A DNA stretch of 64,000 nt from assembly GCA_963823665.1 (NCBI GenBank), contig CAWGMQ010000011.1, positions 1,024,001-1,088,000 of the forward strand. The letters are read 5' to 3'. Under the pieces are notes generated by a model. That model had not been told where the DNA came from, made no database searches, and was given only the letters and a program-made list of their open reading frames with translations. Origin of the DNA: an uncultured Planctomycetota bacterium. Lineage in GTDB: Bacteria > Planctomycetota > Planctomycetia > Isosphaerales > Isosphaeraceae. Shown here one piece after another: positions 61,696 through 64,000 of the stretch. Both the position numbers and the translations under genes were made by a program. Positions within the stretch are counted from its first letter, which is position 1. Each line of letters starts with the position of its first letter.

Positions 61696-64000
61696 ATGGC
61701 CAACGCGGCTTCAGCCGGAGTGACCCGGCAAATCCAGACACTGTGGGATGCGGGCACGGTCGCCGCGCTCGACGACACCGAGCTCTTGGGTCGATTTGTT
61801 CATCACGACGCGATCGCCGAAGTGGCTTTCACCGCCCTGGTGCACAGGTACGCGCCGATGGTCCTGCGCATTTGCCGCAACGTGACGGGAGACGTTCAAG
61901 ACGCGCAGGACGCGGCGCAGGCCACGTTCTTGATCCTCGCCCAGCGCGCACGCCTGATCCGCCGGCGCGAGGCGCTGGCCAACTGGCTATTTGGTACCGC
62001 CCGCCGGATCGCCGCCCGCGCCCGCCGTGATTCCGTTAGACGGCGCCGGCTCGAGCGCAGGTATTCTGAAGCGATCGCCGCCGCCCGCCCCACGGATTCC
62101 GCCGGCCACGAGCCACCGCGGGATTGGTCCGAATTGTATGAGGAGCTGGGGCGGCTCCCGGACCGCTACCGGATCCCGATCGTGCTGTGCGATCTTGAAG
62201 GCAACACGCACGAACAAGCGGCACAGGCTCTCGGTTGTCCCGAGCGCACCCTTGAAACGAGGCTCTACCGCGGTCGCGAGCGGCTGCGCCATCGGTTGAT
62301 CCGGCGCGGCCTGGCGCCTGCTGCCGCGCTTGCGACGGGCGAGCTCACCAGCAGCGCCGCAACGATTCCCGTCTCCGGAGCATGGGTGAGCTCCACCGCA
62401 GCCGTCGCGCTCCAATTACTGCGAGGTCGACCGCTCTTCGCCGCCGCCTCGGCAAATGTTCTGGCGCTCTTCCGAAGCGCGAATCGAACCATGGTCCTTG
62501 CAAAGTTGAGTTGGGCCATACCGCTCATCATCTTCGCCGGAGCGTGCTCGGTGATGGCTTTTTCTTTCGACACGACATCTGGGACGCCGACGATTTCGGC
62601 GATTTCCCGCCAGTCTGCTTACCAGACCGGGCCAAAGGGTGCAACGCAGAGTAAAGAGACGCCCAAGCAGCCGAAGAAAACCGCGCCGGACGAAAAAGCT
62701 GGCCCACCCGAATTGAAGACACCGATCACGGTGACCGGGCGTGCCACGGACTCGACCGGCAAGTCGGTCGCCGGCGCGACGATCTACCTGGTCTCGACCA
62801 ATGGCGCCGACGCACCCCTCGGCACGGCAATCAGCGGACCCAATGGCGTGTTCGCCTTCCACGACGCTCAACTGCCGGTGCGCCGCGATCAGGATGGCAA
62901 TCCGTCGCAAGGTACGCTCCAGGTCTACGGCACCGCCCCCGGCCGCGGCTTCGCATGGCACGGCATGCGACCTTATTTTCCGCGCCCTGCCAATCAAAAC
63001 GTCGCGGGCGGCGAGGATTACGGCCTGTTCCTCGGAGAGCCGATCGTCATGGACCTGGTATTCACGGCCCCCGCGACGATGAGTGGACGAGTCGTTGATG
63101 AATCCGGACGTCCGGTGCCCGGCGCGACCATTCGTATCGACAGTTGCGATTATCTCGACACCCAGCACAGGGAGTCGCATCACAACTTCCGGGAGTTCTG
63201 GGCGATCCATAGCGCGCCCGAGGCTCTGACGGCGGCGACAACCGGCCCGGGCGGGCGGTTTGCTTTCAAAGGCCTTCCGCAAGAAGTTGGCTTCTGGATC
63301 CATTTCGAGCATCCTGACTACGCGCGACTGAGTCTTCACGCGGCAACGACGACCCGCCCCACGTCCGCGTTCGATTACCCCCTCGGAAGAATCGTCGGGC
63401 GGGAGCGGCCGCCCGTCGCGACCGGAGACCTCAATCTCACCGTGATCGCCACCCGTCGAATTGACATTCGAACCATCGTCGCAAGCACCGGCCGGCCCGC
63501 GGCCGGCATGCGCGTTTCCGCGAGCCAGGGGTTTTCGGCGAGCGGTTATGGAGGCTGGGGATTGTCCGACGCCCAAGGCAAGCTCTCCCTCCGCCTGCCG
63601 CCCGGCGCCTACAACATCATGGCTGACCCGAGCGAGAATGGCGCCGACTGCATTCGCACCATGTCGACCTTCAATGTCGCACCCGCGCCGGCGCAGCAGT
63701 CGCTCGAATTGCGCGTGAACACAGGCTGCGTCCTGGTCCTGGAGGCCTTCGATTCCCAGACGGGCGAAGGTATCCCCGGCCTCACCTTTTGGAGCGAAAT
63801 GGACGGCAACAAGGGCTCGCGCTGGCAAGTTCAGAGTCGCACCGGCTACATTGACAACCCCAGAACCGACAAGAACGGCCGGCTTCGCGCCGTCGTCCCC
63901 CCGGCGCCGGCGTTTTCGCCCTCGGATTCGTTCCTGAATCATCCGGTTACAAGGAGACGCACGAGGAGAAGCGGGCAATGCTCACCGCGGGAGAAACCGT
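61696..64000 (+). CDS. ECF sigma factor with TM helix and carboxypeptidase-regulatory-like repeats, partial at the right edge (absent from the ORF track)
   Basis: Manual translation from ATG 61696: MANAASAGVTRQIQTLWDAGTV...RYAPMVLRIC...DAAQATF...LPDRYRIPIVLCDLEG; then TVTGRATDSTGKSVAGATI and SGRVVDESGRPVPGATI. Probable indel near 63900. Confidence 0.88.
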   Translation, partial: MANAASAGVTRQIQTLWDAGTVAALDDTELLGRFVHHDAIAEVAFTALVHRYAPMVLRICRNVTGDVQDAQDAAQATFLILAQRARLIRRREALANWLFGTARRIAARARRDSVRRRRLERRYSEAIAAARPTDSAGHEPPRDWSELYEELGRLPDRYRIPIVLCDLEGNTHEQAAQALGCPERTLETRLYRGRERLRHRLIRRGLAPAAALATGELTSSAATIPVSGAWVSSTAAVALQLLRGRPLFAAASANVLALFRSANRTMVLAKLSWAIPLIIFAGACSVMAFSFDTTSGTPTISAISRQSAYQTGPKGATQSKETPKQPKKTAPDEKAGPPELKTPITVTGRATDSTGKSVAGATIYLVSTNGADAPLGTAISGPNGVFAFHDAQLPVRRDQDGNPSQGTLQVYGTAPGRGFAWHGMRPYFPRPANQNVAGGEDYGLFLGEPIVMDLVFTAPATMSGRVVDESGRPVPGATIRIDSCDYLDTQHRESHHNFREFWAIHSAPEALTAATTGPGGRFAFKGLPQEVGFWIHFEHPDYARLSLHAATTTRPTSAFDYPLGRIVGRERPPVATGDLNLTVIATRRIDIRTIVASTGRPAAGMRVSASQGFSASGYGGWGLSDAQGKLSLRLPPGAYNIMADPSENGADCIRTMSTFNVAPAPAQQSLELRVNTGCVLVLEAFDSQTGEGIPGLTFWSEMDGNKGSRWQVQSRTGYIDNPRTDKNGRLRAVVPPAPAFSPSDSFLNHPVTRRRTRRSGQCSPREKP

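Noticed and set aside
62416..63978. 520-aa minus-strand ORF
   Set aside because: Antisense shadow of the plus-strand ECF gene, which lacks a stop inside the window and so is missing from the ORF track.

Overview
GC-rich bacterial chromosomal segment, almost certainly Planctomycetota and probably Isosphaerales-like. This rests on a DUF1549/DUF1553 gene, a planctomycete cytochrome-c/WD40 gene, a PPC-domain gene, three ECF sigma factors with long C-terminal extensions, and GTAG-type REP repeats. Main content: (i) a seven-gene urate/allantoin catabolic cluster (6.0-12.5 kb) that includes a plant-like ureidoglycolate amidohydrolase; (ii) a PPC / cytochrome c-WD40 / DUF1549-DUF1553 operon; (iii) an accessory zone at about 21.4-31.7 kb with a GxxExxY nuclease gene bracketed by inverted repeats and an 84-bp tandem array, an atypical IscU, an apparently intact IS110, an ECF sigma-M16 peptidase fusion and an IS3 splitting a cupin gene; (iv) an AT-richer EEP nuclease plus unknown-protein pair; (v) metabolic and transport genes (kynureninase, two Gfo/Idh/MocA oxidoreductases, a MacAB-type ABC exporter, DAHP synthase, larB, nnrD, an RRM protein, a GNAT). 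Many genes right of about 13.9 kb are split by single-base frameshifts, most likely long-read assembly errors. No rRNA, tRNA or CRISPR array was recognised. All family assignments come from motif recognition by eye, not database searches.
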